The notes under the pieces were generated by a model that had not been told where the DNA came from, did not search any database, and was given only the letters and a program-made list of their open reading frames with translations. Positions 62,421 through 64,000 of a stretch of 64,000 nucleotides of DNA are shown one piece after another; within the stretch, counting starts at the first letter, position 1; each line of letters begins with the position of its first letter. Origin of the DNA: Nitrosopumilus sp. (GTDB taxonomy: Archaea > Thermoproteota > Nitrososphaeria > Nitrososphaerales > Nitrosopumilaceae); the NCBI GenBank assembly GCA_965205215.1, contig OZ242041.1, forward strand, positions 1,408,001 to 1,472,000, given 5' to 3'. Made by a program: the position numbers and the translations under genes.

Positions 62421-62963
62421 GACGCAGTCTATTTGTGCGTTGTTCTTTGCACTTGTTCGGGTGCCTCGCTGAGATTGTGCATGACGGCGTCACACTTTAC
62501 CCAAAACCAGGCCCGGACTGAACCCGTATTCTTTAACGGATACGGTAAGATTTCGCATGCATGTCGCCACGGCGTTTGCCGCATGCGCGACGGCCGCCGA
62601 CACCAAGCGGCGCGGCGCCGTATTGTGCGTCTCGTGCTGCTGTTTGCATGCTCTGCCGTCGAGGCCACGGCTGGCGGGGATTTAGAAAAATGGTCCGAGT
62701 TCTGCATCCCCTTGGTGTCGATCATCGCGCAGGCCCACCACCACGTTGCGCCCGCTTTCTGCCAACAAGTGAGTATTGCGCCGCGGAGTCGTAGCGCCTC
62801 CGTGATTCACTCCGGCATCCCTGACACTCCGACATCGTCATGCTCGGAAACCGTTGGATGTGCTTGAGGCTCTCGTTCTCCTTTTTCGTGGCCCTCGACG
62901 GATCTGTCTTGTCCGAATGTGTTGTGTTCGCGTTTCCGCATCCTGTGAGCCTCTGCCTCTGGG

Positions 62964-63149
62964 CTACCCTGGCAGCACATATGCAAGTGCTATGTGTATC
63001 ACAAGCAGTACGGCGCCCAGCATGAGACAGTTTCTGGCCTTTTGCGGATCGTCGTGCCGCAGCACAAAGTATGCGATTATTCCGCCCACTATGGTGAGTA
63101 GTATGGGGAGCAGAAACCACCAATTGCTCCGTCTTTTCTCGTTGTACAT
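62964..63149 (-). CDS. Small two-TM membrane protein, paralogue 2
   Basis: MYNEKRRSNWWFLLP...GGIIAYFVLRHDDPQKARNCL; TTATAT ~25 nt upstream. Confidence 0.82.
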   Translation of the reverse strand: MYNEKRRSNWWFLLPILLTIVGGIIAYFVLRHDDPQKARNCLMLGAVLLVIHIALAYVLPG

Positions 63150-63447
63150 GACTCTGGACTGGCGGGTCTGCATATAACCGTTGGAGAACGCCGCGGACCG
63201 GTATCCTGCGGGAACAGCTTTGGGCTCCACCTTCGCGCGGATCACTTGCATACCCCTCGGAGCCTGACGCGCGTATGCCCATCCGCCAACAGCGCGCCGC
63301 GCGGCAGGTTGGCTAGCAGCTGCTGTCTATGGCCCGTTTTGGCCTTGTGCTGGGATCCGGCTCATGTCGGCGTCTTGAGGCCGTCGACTCGAGGCCTTAT
63401 GCGGCCTGATAAGTAAATAAAAAATTACGTCCTTCGTAGTGCGCGTG

Positions 63448-63648
63448 CTAGTCTGCTGCCGGCAGCGCGTCCAATCCGAAGCCTAATACTATCGGTATTG
63501 CAAGCAATACTGCACCAAGCATAAGGCAGTTCCTGGCCTTTTGCGGATCGTCGTGCCGCAGCACAAAGTATGCGATTATTCCTCCAACTATGTTCAGGAA
63601 TATCGGCAACAGGAACCACCAGTTACTCCGAGTCGTTTGGATCTGCAT
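63448..63648 (-). CDS. Small two-TM membrane protein, paralogue 3
   Basis: RSNWWFLLP...GGIIAYFVLRHDDPQKARNCL; TTAAAA upstream. Confidence 0.82.
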   Translation of the reverse strand: MQIQTTRSNWWFLLPIFLNIVGGIIAYFVLRHDDPQKARNCLMLGAVLLAIPIVLGFGLDALPAAD

Positions 63649-63761
63649 GATGCCAGGTCACCAAGTGTGCTTTTAACCGCTTCGTATGTGTCAGAACACG
63701 GCCTGTGATGTGCGGGGGTGGCCGCCCATTGCCATTCTGTACTCTTCGAAGAGCGGCAGAG

Positions 63762-63998
63762 TTATCTGCATATTCTGACGGGCGTTGTCGACTCGATCGT
63801 CTCAGACGCGGAATCAAAGACCAGCAGGGAGACGGACTCTCCCCCTGTCGTGCGATAAACGCTGTAGTTTACCGAGTTTGCGTCCAGGTCGCCGTTCTCG
63901 TTGAATACAAGCGGCACCCCCAGCGCGGTGGGTTGCACCGCGTTCTGGTAAATGCCGCTGCTTGCGCGCGCAAGAGGAACGTTGCCAGTCACGCCGCC
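63762..63998 (-). CDS. C-terminal fragment, probably a periplasmic-binding-fold (branched-chain amino acid ABC substrate-binding-like) protein
   Basis: ALGVPLVFNENGDL...YSVY resembles the G-x-x-x-F-x-x-x-G-D C-terminal motif of LivJ-type binding proteins; 5' part is outside the window. Confidence 0.5.
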   Translation of the reverse strand, partial: GGVTGNVPLARASSGIYQNAVQPTALGVPLVFNENGDLDANSVNYSVYRTTGGESVSLLVFDSASETIESTTPVRICR

Positions 63999-64000
63999 CT

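Overview
Core-genome segment of a GC-rich ammonia-oxidising-type archaeon (Nitrososphaerota/Thaumarchaeota, Nitrosopumilaceae-like 16S; high GC and low-complexity insertions resemble Cenarchaeum-like host-associated lineages, which is inference). It carries one 16S-23S rRNA operon divergent from hemL, tRNA-Phe(GAA), tRNA-Ser(CGA), and housekeeping genes (aspS-gatCAB with a 1-nt frameshift in gatA, two purP paralogues, purC, ilvC, nadM, fen, nre, cdvA, acs, M1 aminopeptidase, birA, msrA). No CRISPR array, integrase or transposase is visible. Best leads: (1) the cbtBA cobalt-transporter leader, which has an unannotated 51-codon His/Cys uORF coupled to cbtB, two mutually exclusive RNA stems over the cbtB start and a palindromic operator shared with a divergent wHTH gene; (2) an extended PHA cluster (alpha/beta hydrolase, AbrB-type phaR, phasin-like gene, phaE-phaC) whose PhaE has a ~340-aa disordered basic tail; (3) a 58-64 kb accessory region with three copies of a 22-bp palindrome, a long inverted-repeat element and three paralogous small membrane genes; (4) a class III nucleotide cyclase flanked by two unannotated zinc-finger microproteins. 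All functional calls come from motif recognition by eye; no database searches were run.
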